In this document: positions 40,129 through 50,436 of the stretch, piece after piece | Layout: each line of letters opens with the position of its first letter | Position numbering within the stretch: the first letter of the stretch is position 1 | Assembly (NCBI GenBank): GCA_016839745.1 | Contig: JAEOTS010000044.1 | Location: 30,286-94,285 of the forward strand | Length of the DNA stretch: 64,000 nucleotides | Reading direction: 5' to 3' | Source of the DNA: Promethearchaeota archaeon | GTDB lineage: Archaea; Asgardarchaeota; Lokiarchaeia; Sigyniarchaeales; SOKP01 | Made by a program: the position numbers and the translations under genes | Notes under the pieces: generated by a model | Databases searched by the model: none | Seen by the model: only the letters and a program-made list of their open reading frames with translations | Told to the model about the DNA's origin: nothing

Positions 40129-40350
40129 TAGATTGCGTGCTCTATGTTTTGGTTGTAGAATGCTTACTTATCAACCTAAACAAGGAGAAATATAACAATT
40201 TATATTTGATTACTTTTACTATATTTCCTATTTATATCTTGTTACTTTTACTATATATAATTTTCTTAATGCTAAAATTAATACATATACACATTTTAAA
40301 GAGAAATACAAAAAAAAAGATTATTAGGATATAATTTCGACACTATTTCC

Positions 40351-41619
40351 TTATTTACGCTTCTTTTTCCCCATTCTTCCCATGGCAGCCATTAACCATT
40401 CCGGACTTCCAACGCCGTTGGCATATTCCATCCAAATATACATTAAGAACCCCATTAATCCTACATAAGTCAAGTTATTAATGAGGAAGAGTGCAATACC
40501 GAATTGCCTACTGAATAAGCCAAGAAAGATCTGATGTACAAAAAAGAGGCTTAACGAAACCTTACCGTAATATACCAACATTTTTACAAAGTTACCATAA
40601 TTTTTCTTTATATCAATAAAGTAGAAGCTAACAGAGATCACTAGTAACGCAGCTCCCAAATTATATAACATATTAGGGCCTCTACCTCTTATTAAAAATT
40701 CGGGTATCCCCGCCATTATGAAACCTTGGCTGTTTATGGTTGTTAATAAAAATATACTAGGATATTCTTTTAGTTCGCCTCCTAGGATTGTTCCAGAGCT
40801 ATAAGATTGAAATCCGAGTCCAATACCAACTAATATTAAGATTATGCTCCAAATCATAAAAATACGAAATAATCCCACATAAGCGTCGTGAGTTCCTTTA
40901 TTCATCGCTTCGTGTAAATATTCTCCAAAAATAGTAGAAATAAAACAAATAGCGAGTCCCGGAAGAAGGGGTACCATAGGATTTGGACCTATTACGATGT
41001 AATGGACTGCTATTACTACTAAATTACCGCCTTCCAATCCAGGCACAAAAATAAAATCTCTAATCGGATTAGAGAGAAGAACGATTAAAATGCCAATTAT
41101 TCCGCGATATAATTTTGGAAGTTTTAAAGCATAATAAGAAAAAATCTGCGAAAAGCCAATGAACATTAAAATATTCCACCCCCACAAATTTAAAGGAAAG
41201 GGAATTGTATATTTTTCTGCAGCTAGAGATGTGATGTTATAAATCGTAGCTATCAGAATAATTATGATTCCTCTCGAGAAAATCCGCATACGAATTACTT
41301 TACCGGGGAGGATATTTTTTTTATTTTTTATACTGAATATCACGCTTAAAGAGGACAAAAAAACAAATAGGGAGGGCCCTAGGAAATCTAATAATGTAAA
41401 TAATAATCCGTATAGATACCGATTTTCGCGATCCAACCAAATTGCAGCGGAATGCGCTAAAATTATAAAGACTATAGCAAAACCTTTAACAAAATCAATG
41501 CTCCCAATCCGTTTTGGAGATGCAAAATCTCGGATATCCTCTAAAGGGATTAATTCTTGTAAGTAATTGAATAGAGGAGGAGATTCCGTTGCGGTTCCAA
41601 ATTCGTTTTCAATCGACAT
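40351..41619 (-). CDS. HGSNAT/DUF1624-type membrane acyltransferase domain protein
   Basis: RIGSIDFVKGFAIVFIILAH, FVFLS, WNILMFIG, GKVSL, SPEW. Confidence 0.8.
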   Translation of the reverse strand: MSIENEFGTATESPPLFNYLQELIPLEDIRDFASPKRIGSIDFVKGFAIVFIILAHSAAIWLDRENRYLYGLLFTLLDFLGPSLFVFLSSLSVIFSIKNKKNILPGKVIRMRIFSRGIIIILIATIYNITSLAAEKYTIPFPLNLWGWNILMFIGFSQIFSYYALKLPKLYRGIIGILIVLLSNPIRDFIFVPGLEGGNLVVIAVHYIVIGPNPMVPLLPGLAICFISTIFGEYLHEAMNKGTHDAYVGLFRIFMIWSIILILVGIGLGFQSYSSGTILGGELKEYPSIFLLTTINSQGFIMAGIPEFLIRGRGPNMLYNLGAALLVISVSFYFIDIKKNYGNFVKMLVYYGKVSLSLFFVHQIFLGLFSRQFGIALFLINNLTYVGLMGFLMYIWMEYANGVGSPEWLMAAMGRMGKKKRK

Positions 41620-41762
41620 TTTTCTCTGATTAATGAAGATAGTGTTTTGAAATTTAATTTTAATAAAATATTCTTATCTTGTGAAAATTTAAACTTTTTC
41701 ATATAAAAGAAAATTTTTAGCAGCAAAAACACAAATGATAAAAGCAATTTCTAGAATAGCAA

Positions 41763-43166
41763 TTATTTATTTGAGTCTTCTTCCCGATCTTTTTTAATCT
41801 TATGAACCGTTTCTTTTATTTCTTCTTCGATTATGAGAAATTCTTTCTTGACTGTTTTTCCTGTTTTTTGTCCTATTCTTCCAACTTGAACCATAAGCCA
41901 CTCTGGTGACCCAACACCGCTATAAAACTCGTTCCAAATATACATTACAAAACCCCAAAACCCAAAATAACCGAAAATTACAAAGATATAAGCGATGAGA
42001 TCTAGGGCATTCAAAAATAGAGTTATAAAAACAAAGTGCAGTAGAAACAAGCTAAGTGAAACTTTTCCATAATAATTCATCATTGATATAAAATTGTTCA
42101 TTATCCTTTTCATATCTATAATGTAGAAACATACTGCAATAAGAATAAGGGCAAATCCTAAATTATATATCATGTTGGGAGCTCTTCCTCTTATTAAAAA
42201 TTCCCACATACCCGGATATGTAATTTCAGGTATAATACTCTGCGTTCTCGTAACATTTAAAAGATCTATATGAGGGTATTCATTTAGAGGTAACGTACCA
42301 ATCGTATAATCAGTAGCAACTAAAAATTCACTTCCAGGTACATAGGAATTTCTGCCAAGAAAAACTCCTACGAGAACTAAAAAAACACCCCAATACAAGA
42401 ATGTTCGAAATAGCTTTTTATAGGCTTTTTTAGTTCCTCCCATCATAGCCTCATATAGATATTCTCCAAAAATCGAAGATATAAAGCAAATTGAAATCCA
42501 AGGTAACAAAGGTGTCATAGGAGAGGGAGAAGTTATTATGTAGTGTAGAACAGTGCTTAATAAATCTCCAGCTTCTTTTCCCTGAAAGAGAAATTGCCTT
42601 ACTCCATCAGAAGTAAATATAATAATCAATCCGATAATAGCTCTAGCGACTTTACTAAGTTTTAGCGCGTAATAAGAGAAAATCTGAGATGCACCAATAA
42701 ACATCAGGATGTTCCACCCCCATAAAGTAGCAGGAAAGGAATAATCCGGAATTGTAAACTCTATAGACACTATGTTAAATATAACTGCTATGGTAATTAT
42801 CATTATTCCTCGCGAAAATATTCTATTTCTTATTACTTTTTCAGGTGTGGATTTTTTTCTTCGACGGATGCTAAAAACGACGCTTAAAGCCGATAAGAAA
42901 ACGAATAAGGATGGGCCAAGTATGTCTAAAAAGGAAAAAACAATCCCGTAAAGAAACTTCCAGTAAGGAACCAACCACGCCCCAGCTGTATGCGCTAACA
43001 TTATTAAAACAATTGCTACACCCTTAACGAAATCTATACTACTTATCCTTCTTGAGGAGGAAAAATCCCTAAGTTCCTCAACGGGTATTGCTTTTTTCAA
43101 ATAGTCAAAAAGAGGAATCGAGTCCAAGTCAATCTCGTTCTCTTCTTCTGATGACATGTTATTCAA
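41763..43166 (-). CDS. HGSNAT/DUF1624-type membrane acyltransferase domain protein (tandem paralog)
   Basis: Same motifs as 40351-41619; PLLPW. Confidence 0.8.
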   Translation of the reverse strand: MNNMSSEEENEIDLDSIPLFDYLKKAIPVEELRDFSSSRRISSIDFVKGVAIVLIMLAHTAGAWLVPYWKFLYGIVFSFLDILGPSLFVFLSALSVVFSIRRRKKSTPEKVIRNRIFSRGIMIITIAVIFNIVSIEFTIPDYSFPATLWGWNILMFIGASQIFSYYALKLSKVARAIIGLIIIFTSDGVRQFLFQGKEAGDLLSTVLHYIITSPSPMTPLLPWISICFISSIFGEYLYEAMMGGTKKAYKKLFRTFLYWGVFLVLVGVFLGRNSYVPGSEFLVATDYTIGTLPLNEYPHIDLLNVTRTQSIIPEITYPGMWEFLIRGRAPNMIYNLGFALILIAVCFYIIDMKRIMNNFISMMNYYGKVSLSLFLLHFVFITLFLNALDLIAYIFVIFGYFGFWGFVMYIWNEFYSGVGSPEWLMVQVGRIGQKTGKTVKKEFLIIEEEIKETVHKIKKDREEDSNK

Positions 43167-43276
43167 TAAATTATTGTTTTTTATTAGATGTATTTTAAGA
43201 CTTAAATTAATATTAGTATTTTAGTTTATACTATTTGAATGTTTATATAATAATTAAATCACAAATATGATAAACT

Positions 43277-43684
43277 ATGGATATCAAAAAATATTTAGAT
43301 TTCCGGTTATTGGGGTTAACTGGTTCGATATTATTGATACTGTCTCAATTTTTATCTTGGTTCTCTAACCAATCTTTATTACATATCTATATCATTACAA
43401 CGAGCGTAGCAATTGAAGATTCTTTTTTATATTTATTCCCATTAATATGCGGTGTAATATGTTTAATTGGGACTATTGTAATCATAGTTAATCTTGAATA
43501 TCGAATAAATTCTGTAATAATTAATTTCATAGGACTCGGATTCTTTTTAGTCTTTATAATAGAGATCATTCCAAGAGAATTCCTTTATCTTCCTAACGCA
43601 GAAATTGGTTTTTACTTTTCAATAATCGGATCAATTTTAATCTTCTTCGATATTATAAACATCCTCATAAGTAAAGAAAAATAA
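43277..43684 (+). CDS. 4-TM membrane protein
   Basis: Four hydrophobic segments. Confidence 0.7.
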   Translation: MDIKKYLDFRLLGLTGSILLILSQFLSWFSNQSLLHIYIITTSVAIEDSFLYLFPLICGVICLIGTIVIIVNLEYRINSVIINFIGLGFFLVFIIEIIPREFLYLPNAEIGFYFSIIGSILIFFDIINILISKEK

Positions 43685-43702
43685 TTAGGTAGGGATTTAA
43701 AA

Positions 43703-44599
43703 ATTAAGGAAAAAGAAGATATTAAAAAAAAAAATAGTGAACCTAATGATGTTGAAGCTCATTTTTACTACGCTTTAGGTCATGAACTGAGGAGAAAAAT
43801 TATTAACATCATTGGTGAAAATAAATACTCTTCATTTACTTATCTTAAAAAAGAATTGAAAGTAAGCACAGGCACTATTTACCATCATTTAGATACTTTA
43901 TCTCAACTGATAGAACAACAAGATGACAAGAAGTACTATTTGACGGAATTAGGTCTTCACGCTTATAATTCGTTAAAAGACAACATAGATAATATTCTTA
44001 CTCCAGATTTTAGCAAAAAAGAATTTAATTCACCTATTTTAAAAGTATTAATGCGTTTGACTCCAAAAAAGTATATTAACTACGAACACAACACAAAATA
44101 TCAGATTCTTATGATTTCGATCATTATTACATTAACGGGTGCAATACTTTGTGGTTTAAATGGCTTGTTTCCCTTTTTACTATTTTTTGGAGAATTCTTA
44201 ATTAATATCGAGCTTATCGATATAGTTCTTAAAATAATTCTCTCTCTTGCTTTTATAGGTAACATGTTTTTTTATTTTCTAATTAACGAAGGTATTTGTC
44301 GAATTTTTTATAAAAAAAAAGAGAATTCCTTGAAATTTTTGACATCATATGCAATTATCTTATTCCCATTAGATATTTACTTATTTTTACATTTGATCTT
44401 AATTTCTACCGGTTCTTTCGGTTTCGCTTCAGTTAAGATTTTAGATAATGTTCTTATGATTTTATTTCAAGTATGGGCTCTGTGGTTATTGACATACAAT
44501 TTAAGCGTAAATAAAAAATTGAAAATTGAAAACTCATTAATAGTATCACTCTTGGTTCACTATGGAGGATTTTCAATTGTTCTACTTATTGCTATTTAA
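43703..44599 (+). CDS. ArsR-like winged-HTH regulator fused to a multi-TM domain; probable ATT start
   Basis: Upstream in-frame extension FYYALGHELRRKIINII...SFTYLKKELKVSTGTIYHHL...YYLTELG; AGGTAGGG before ATT 43703. Confidence 0.8.
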   Translation: MKEKEDIKKKNSEPNDVEAHFYYALGHELRRKIINIIGENKYSSFTYLKKELKVSTGTIYHHLDTLSQLIEQQDDKKYYLTELGLHAYNSLKDNIDNILTPDFSKKEFNSPILKVLMRLTPKKYINYEHNTKYQILMISIIITLTGAILCGLNGLFPFLLFFGEFLINIELIDIVLKIILSLAFIGNMFFYFLINEGICRIFYKKKENSLKFLTSYAIILFPLDIYLFLHLILISTGSFGFASVKILDNVLMILFQVWALWLLTYNLSVNKKLKIENSLIVSLLVHYGGFSIVLLIAI

Positions 44600-45911
44600 T
44601 AACATCAAAATTGAAACTGTTAAAAATTGTCATTATTTGAGAGATTCTTTTATTCGATGACATCATATTCTTTGCTTTTGTTGAGATAAAACAAGAGTAT
44701 ATTAACTCTTTGTTGGTTTTCGAACTCTGTAAAGCTATGGGTGGAGTTACTATTTCTGGAACCAGTTTCATTAAATTAGGAACAATAACATTAATTATGT
44801 TCTTGAACGATTTATTTCCAGAGTATTTCAACTCTAATCGAGTGAAATGTGAAAACTTGTTTGGCTGTGATTTTGTCAATTCAATCTTAGATTTATATTG
44901 ATTAAACAGAAATTCTAAAGGGTTATAGTCCAATATGTTCCTAATACCTATATATGATGTGGTTAATCTTGGATTAATCTCAATAAAATAGATGGAATTG
45001 TCAGTTTTTTTTATAAAATCTAATCCAAAATAGCCTTGGAAATTTGTTAAGTCCATGGATTTTAAAATCTTTTCTAATTTTTTTCTTAAAACTTCATAAT
45101 TTTCTACAGGAGTAAATCCTCCCAAGTAGAGAGAATCTTTATTGGGATCTAGATTTTGTACATCTTGAGTATTTATACTCAGAATTATCGGATCCATAAC
45201 TCCAGTGTTTTTAGGGTTAGTTCTGTTAATTATCGAAATGCTCAAATCATCACCATCAATATATTCTTGAACTATATAGCTTCTAGCTACATCAAGTTTT
45301 GCTTTAGACCTTTCAAAAAACTGTAAGATCTGATCTTTAGCTTCAAAATGAAATATAAATTCTGAACCGGCACCATCTTCTGGTTTTATTATAATAGAAT
45401 TGCCGAGTTGATCAAATTTTTGAAGTATGAAATCCATATCAATAACGCTTCCTTTAAAAGGAATTTTATAAGATTTTGGGGAGTTCACTTTATTAATTAT
45501 AAAGTACTTGTAAGTTTCTAACTTAGAAGTTCCCAACCATACACCGTATAAATCTACACTTAAGATTTTTTTTTTATAGTCTTTTACTATTTGAGTTAAA
45601 TTATAGAGATGCTTTGAAAATTCTGGGGCAATTATAAAGCAACTTGTAGATTCTTTTACGCATTCAATATATTTTTCTAAAAAATCGTCCTTAGGTTTAA
45701 CAAGCTTTACAATATCAGAATATAAATAGCGAGATAAATGACTAATTCTTTTGTCTAACAATGTAGTAATCTGGAAGCCTAATTTTTTGAAATCTTCTGC
45801 AATAGTTCTTAACATAGCATAGCCTTCGCAAAATAAGGACGAAGGTATGTCAAGCTGATTATAACCCCCTCCTGACACAAATTCAAAGATAAAAAGTTTT
45901 TGATTAATCAT
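44592..45911 (-). CDS. ATP-grasp protein, tyramine--L-glutamate ligase (MfnD)-like
   Basis: IFEFVSGGG, EGYAML, IIAPE, KPEDGAGS, GYFGLD, EINPRLTTSYIG. Confidence 0.85.
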   Translation of the reverse strand: MINQKLFIFEFVSGGGYNQLDIPSSLFCEGYAMLRTIAEDFKKLGFQITTLLDKRISHLSRYLYSDIVKLVKPKDDFLEKYIECVKESTSCFIIAPEFSKHLYNLTQIVKDYKKKILSVDLYGVWLGTSKLETYKYFIINKVNSPKSYKIPFKGSVIDMDFILQKFDQLGNSIIIKPEDGAGSEFIFHFEAKDQILQFFERSKAKLDVARSYIVQEYIDGDDLSISIINRTNPKNTGVMDPIILSINTQDVQNLDPNKDSLYLGGFTPVENYEVLRKKLEKILKSMDLTNFQGYFGLDFIKKTDNSIYFIEINPRLTTSYIGIRNILDYNPLEFLFNQYKSKIELTKSQPNKFSHFTRLELKYSGNKSFKNIINVIVPNLMKLVPEIVTPPIALQSSKTNKELIYSCFISTKAKNMMSSNKRISQIMTIFNSFNFDVIK

Positions 45912-46015
45912 TTTTTATATAAATGAGTAATTTTCATAATTTTAAAATGGTTTTAAAATGAGATTAAATTATTGTAATTAGCTAAAATTTAAACAAAAAA
46001 CTGTAAGTGTAAGAC

Positions 46016-47263
46016 ATGCCTTTTTTTACAGATGATGTAATGCAAAGAATTAGATATCTGCATTATAAAATTAAAAAATTTGAAGAAGCTTTAGATAAAG
46101 AAGAAGAAAGTTTTAATTTGGACGATTTAAATCTTGTTTTAGAATACACTAAGACGTTAAATATTAACTATCAAAATGTAGATCATGTTAAACTTTTAAA
46201 AGATTTGGATCTTACACCAATATTTTTAGAACCATTAGAAAATAACAGAGAGATTCAAATAAGCGATTTAATGTTTGAGTGTGCTCGTGCATTATGGGTA
46301 ATGGCAAGAGCGTATTCTCATATCTCTGAAAAATTTGAAGATGAAGAGGATTGGGAAGATTCAATAATAGCGATGGTTGAGTGTAGTAAGATTTTTAAAA
46401 CTGGAGCCTATTTTAGTGCTGCATCAGTAAATCAGCATGATATAGGCGTAACCCTTTCATCTGAGAATCTCGAATTGAATTCAGAAGAAGCGCGAATTTT
46501 AGCACAAAGTATTGCAGCTCTCAAAGAAGAGAATTCTGGTAATATTTATTTCGCTTCGAAATTGTATGCAGGATTAAGCTCATTATCAAAAAGATTATTT
46601 TATTTGAAAAAGCACGAAGAAAAGAAAAAACAACAATTACGAGGACAATTTCACTTCGATATGGGCAAAGCATGCCAACTTAAAGCCCAAGCCTCTTTAG
46701 AATCCTCTATTACGAATATAAACAAAGATAAAGTTAGAAAGTTACAGCAAAAAGCTAATTTTTACTTCTTGAAATCAGAGGAAATTTGGAATGAAATGAT
46801 CAGTAGTGTTTCTGATTTGTCGAGCGAGGAGAAAAACAGCATAGAGCTAAATCTATCGGTTGTCAAAGATATCATGAAAGAAAACAAATTTGAGCCTTTA
46901 AACTACGAGGAAATTAAAAAAATTCAAGATCCTGAGCCTATAATTATTATCCCCGAAAACTTGGCTCCTTTTGTTCCAAAAAGTACAATTTATCTAACCA
47001 AATTTGTACCTAAGGATTTAAACATTAAAAGATTCAAATCGTTTCAAAAGAAGAAAATAGAACAAAAAATTCCATATAGTAAGCGAGAGAGATTAATAGA
47101 TAAAAAAGCAGGTATAGTAAGAACTATTAATGAATTGAAACTTTTAAAAGAAAACAAAGAAATCGATGTGGAAAAATTCGCTGAACTAATGGAAAAATAT
47201 TCAACTAAACTTAAAATGATAGAAACTGCTATAGGAAAATTAGCTCATTCAATCAAGCATTAA
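46016..47263 (+). CDS. hypothetical alpha-helical protein
   Basis: 415-aa ORF, helical-repeat-like composition. Confidence 0.7.
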   Translation: MPFFTDDVMQRIRYLHYKIKKFEEALDKEEESFNLDDLNLVLEYTKTLNINYQNVDHVKLLKDLDLTPIFLEPLENNREIQISDLMFECARALWVMARAYSHISEKFEDEEDWEDSIIAMVECSKIFKTGAYFSAASVNQHDIGVTLSSENLELNSEEARILAQSIAALKEENSGNIYFASKLYAGLSSLSKRLFYLKKHEEKKKQQLRGQFHFDMGKACQLKAQASLESSITNINKDKVRKLQQKANFYFLKSEEIWNEMISSVSDLSSEEKNSIELNLSVVKDIMKENKFEPLNYEEIKKIQDPEPIIIIPENLAPFVPKSTIYLTKFVPKDLNIKRFKSFQKKKIEQKIPYSKRERLIDKKAGIVRTINELKLLKENKEIDVEKFAELMEKYSTKLKMIETAIGKLAHSIKH

Positions 47264-47312
47264 TTTAGTTAGAAAAGGGTAATATAATCATATTTTTAAA
47301 CATTTTTTAGTT

Positions 47313-47789
47313 TTATTTTCGTTCTAAATAAATTTTTCTATTTTGGTCAATTTCAAACTCCCTTTCAGCCTTCTCTTTAAAGAGAAGATCGTAGATTTCT
47401 TTAAAGAGAATTCCAAGTAAGAGGGCTTCTATTATGAGGCTTAACCAAATTATCATTACTTGCAAATTATGTAAATCTAAAAACAAGAGCGAAGAAAAGA
47501 TGAAAACATGGGGTAAATATAATAAAGAAACTAAGCCTATCCGTTTGCCAAATTTGCGAATATGCTTATCTTCCAGTCTAAAAACTTTCTCAAATTTTAA
47601 AGCTTCTACTAAGTAGTAGATGCTAAAAATCATATTAACTATAGTCAAGAAAACAATGAAGTCTCTTTCTTTTGGTTCTAAGGCGATGTAAGGTTTTAGA
47701 AGTATTGAACTGAATAAAAATGTAAAAGAAAAAATGAATTGAATTGTTGATAATGAAATCAAGCCATCGCGGAAGTATTTGTAATCCAT
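47313..47789 (-). CDS. 4-TM membrane protein
   Basis: Hydrophobic segments, ATG start. Confidence 0.7.
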   Translation of the reverse strand: MDYKYFRDGLISLSTIQFIFSFTFLFSSILLKPYIALEPKERDFIVFLTIVNMIFSIYYLVEALKFEKVFRLEDKHIRKFGKRIGLVSLLYLPHVFIFSSLLFLDLHNLQVMIIWLSLIIEALLLGILFKEIYDLLFKEKAEREFEIDQNRKIYLERK

Positions 47790-47869
47790 TTTTTGTTAGT
47801 CCAAAATTAAAATTGAAATTTTATTAAAGATAAAAACAAAAAATGTATTATTAATTAAAATATAATTGT

Positions 47870-49573
47870 GTGTTTTCGATGAGTTATTTAAGTGAAGAAG
47901 AGATTGAAAATTTAAAATTAACGCATCCCAAAAAGCGAATATTACGCTATATATTTCTTTTAACCGGTTTATTCATCATTTTCTTAGGTTGTTTATTCAC
48001 CTTCATTGGTTTCGATTTTGAGATCACCTTTAACGGTTTTAATCTCTCATTGCTCATCAATATCTTAATCATTATATTTGGAGGAATAATTACATCTAAA
48101 TTTTATATTACACCTTACTATTTACGGGAGAATTCTTTAACATTTAAAAGAATGCGAGACCTAAGGGAACCCGTTGAAAGCTACATTAAATTCAATTCTT
48201 TTAGCATAATGAGACTTATAGCAGCATTAATTTTAATAATAAATGGAATAATATCTTTTCTTGTATTCGGAGATGATGTAGGTCACGAGGTAGAATTTGG
48301 AAGTGCTGTTGTTCTCGGAGGACCCTCATGGTTTTACGTCACTGGTCTTCCTATGTTAATAACTGGAGTTAGCTTGCTAATATATTTTATAATGAGTCCG
48401 TTTCGCGGTATTTTTTCTAAATCAAAGAATTTCTTCTTTTTCTATGAGATCAGACCAGGATTTGCGTGGTTAACAGAAATCCCTAAGGGAGATATCGAGG
48501 TTTTTCGGTATCAAAATAACCATTTAGGACCAAAACTAGCTTGGATTATTCTTATGTTTCCATTCATCGTTTTGCAATTAATGACTGCAATTCCCTTATT
48601 TGCTGCAGAACGAGCGGGTCCTGAGTTTGTATTGTCATGGACATTTTTATTATTATCCATTTTGGATATTATCGCCTTGGTTATTTTGATTTTTTTTCAA
48701 CAGAATTATTTTGAAATCGCTACAAAGGAGAAACTTTATGAAATGTGGTTTTCTCCAATCAAATTGAGGAGACAATCTCGATTTAAGGAAGAATTTAGTG
48801 AATTTTTAGAACGCACCTCGGAATCACGAAATTTGGACGATAATAACGACACTACAATATTTACGGAAGTAGAATCTTCTCATTTTCAATTGTTCAAATT
48901 ATTCTTTGGTTTTTTTTTGATAATTATCGCTATAATTATGCTAACCCAAATGGTATTATTTGGTCCTTTAGTTTGGTGGATTGCTTTAATTTATGGTTCA
49001 ATGCTCCTAATAAAAAGTCTTTTCTATGACTTTAGTAAAAAGGGTGGTGATGCATTTCAATTTAACAAAGAATCAAAAAAATTTAGGTTTGAACGTATTT
49101 TTAGTTTTAAATTTCATTATGTAGCTGCGGATAATGTTAAATCCATTACTGTGAGAAAATGGTATAGAAAATTAGATTTCTTTGATATCTTTGGAATTAG
49201 TTTATTATTAATTTACTTAACTCTTCAACAATTAGAAGGGTGGCTAACAGCAGACACAATAGTTTTGATACTTGATAATTTGATTAGTACATTTTTATGG
49301 ATAACGATAATTGTAATCAGCGTTTTCTATTTGTGCCTTCCCATTGATGTTTTTGAAGTAAAGACAGCTAGCATTACTTATAGAATACCAATTACTCTTA
49401 AAGTTAAAGATAACAAGCCTTTTTTCAAATATCTAAGCAATTTGAAAAACTTTCCTAAAGAAGTTTTAAAACCTGAGATGAAAAAAACATTTTTATTGAG
49501 AATGTCAATTGTGATTCTTCTCATCTTCGGAGCAATGATGTACGTAGCTTTTTACTATCTTTTTATCTTCTAA
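47870..49573 (+). CDS. polytopic membrane protein, possible internal duplication
   Basis: About 11 TM; TM pairs alternate with beta-rich loops (YFEIATKEKLYEMW / VFEVKTASITYRIP). Confidence 0.7.
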   Translation: MFSMSYLSEEEIENLKLTHPKKRILRYIFLLTGLFIIFLGCLFTFIGFDFEITFNGFNLSLLINILIIIFGGIITSKFYITPYYLRENSLTFKRMRDLREPVESYIKFNSFSIMRLIAALILIINGIISFLVFGDDVGHEVEFGSAVVLGGPSWFYVTGLPMLITGVSLLIYFIMSPFRGIFSKSKNFFFFYEIRPGFAWLTEIPKGDIEVFRYQNNHLGPKLAWIILMFPFIVLQLMTAIPLFAAERAGPEFVLSWTFLLLSILDIIALVILIFFQQNYFEIATKEKLYEMWFSPIKLRRQSRFKEEFSEFLERTSESRNLDDNNDTTIFTEVESSHFQLFKLFFGFFLIIIAIIMLTQMVLFGPLVWWIALIYGSMLLIKSLFYDFSKKGGDAFQFNKESKKFRFERIFSFKFHYVAADNVKSITVRKWYRKLDFFDIFGISLLLIYLTLQQLEGWLTADTIVLILDNLISTFLWITIIVISVFYLCLPIDVFEVKTASITYRIPITLKVKDNKPFFKYLSNLKNFPKEVLKPEMKKTFLLRMSIVILLIFGAMMYVAFYYLFIF

Positions 49574-49632
49574 AACGATTTTGGTACCTCATAAATAATA
49601 ACTAATTAATTTTAGTAGAAATTTTATACTTT

Positions 49633-49920
49633 ATGTCTGCTGACCAATTAAAATTAGTTTTATATATGAAAAATATGTTTTCTGATTTAATTTATATTAA
49701 CAGCATTATTGCGACTGAGTTAGTTAAAATAACTGAAAATTTAGCTGCTATAAGGCACGGAGAAGATTTTTTAGAAAAAAGTACTTGTACAACAGAACAT
49801 AATGAAATAAATCAGGAAATCTTAAACATATTAGACAAATATAACAAAAGTTCAAGCGAAGTTATAAGAATGGAACGCTTAAAAAAGCATATTTTGAAAC
49901 ATCTGGGTGAAAATAAGTAA
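49633..49920 (+). CDS. hypothetical protein
   Basis: 95-aa helical ORF, operonic with next gene. Confidence 0.65.
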   Translation: MSADQLKLVLYMKNMFSDLIYINSIIATELVKITENLAAIRHGEDFLEKSTCTTEHNEINQEILNILDKYNKSSSEVIRMERLKKHILKHLGENK

Positions 49921-49921
49921 G

Positions 49922-50362
49922 ATGCCTCAAAAAGAGGACAATTTTGATAGATTTGTTAAGGAACTTCAGCAAGAGATAATTGACAAAGAAGTAAGCGATT
50001 TTAACGAATATATTGTAAATCTGTTTCATAACCCTAAAAATTGGGGTAAACCTTCTAATTTTACTATTTCACATTCATATTTGGGACCACGGAAAAAGAC
50101 AATGGAATTTTATTTAACAATCAAAAACGGAATTATTGAAAAAGCAAATTTTTTTACTGATGGTTGTGGAGCTACAGTAGCAACAGGAAGCCAAGCTACT
50201 TTATTAATCGAGGGTAAAACCGTTGAATATGCGGAAAAATTGAAACCGGAAGATATTGACCTCGCATTACATGGCTTACCAGAGGATCATAAACATAGCC
50301 TAGAATTAGCAGTTACGGCTTTAAGGGATTTAATTGGAAAATTTAAAAAAAATAAAGGGTAA
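49922..50362 (+). CDS. IscU/NifU-N-like scaffold protein with degenerate Cys ligands
   Basis: HNPKNWG, FTDGCGATVATGS, GKT, GLPEDHKH. Confidence 0.85.
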   Translation: MPQKEDNFDRFVKELQQEIIDKEVSDFNEYIVNLFHNPKNWGKPSNFTISHSYLGPRKKTMEFYLTIKNGIIEKANFFTDGCGATVATGSQATLLIEGKTVEYAEKLKPEDIDLALHGLPEDHKHSLELAVTALRDLIGKFKKNKG

Positions 50363-50436
50363 AAATGTATAATAAAAATATAAGAAATGGAGTAATAACT
50401 TAAAATAAACAATTTAAAACAATATTGTGATATCTT

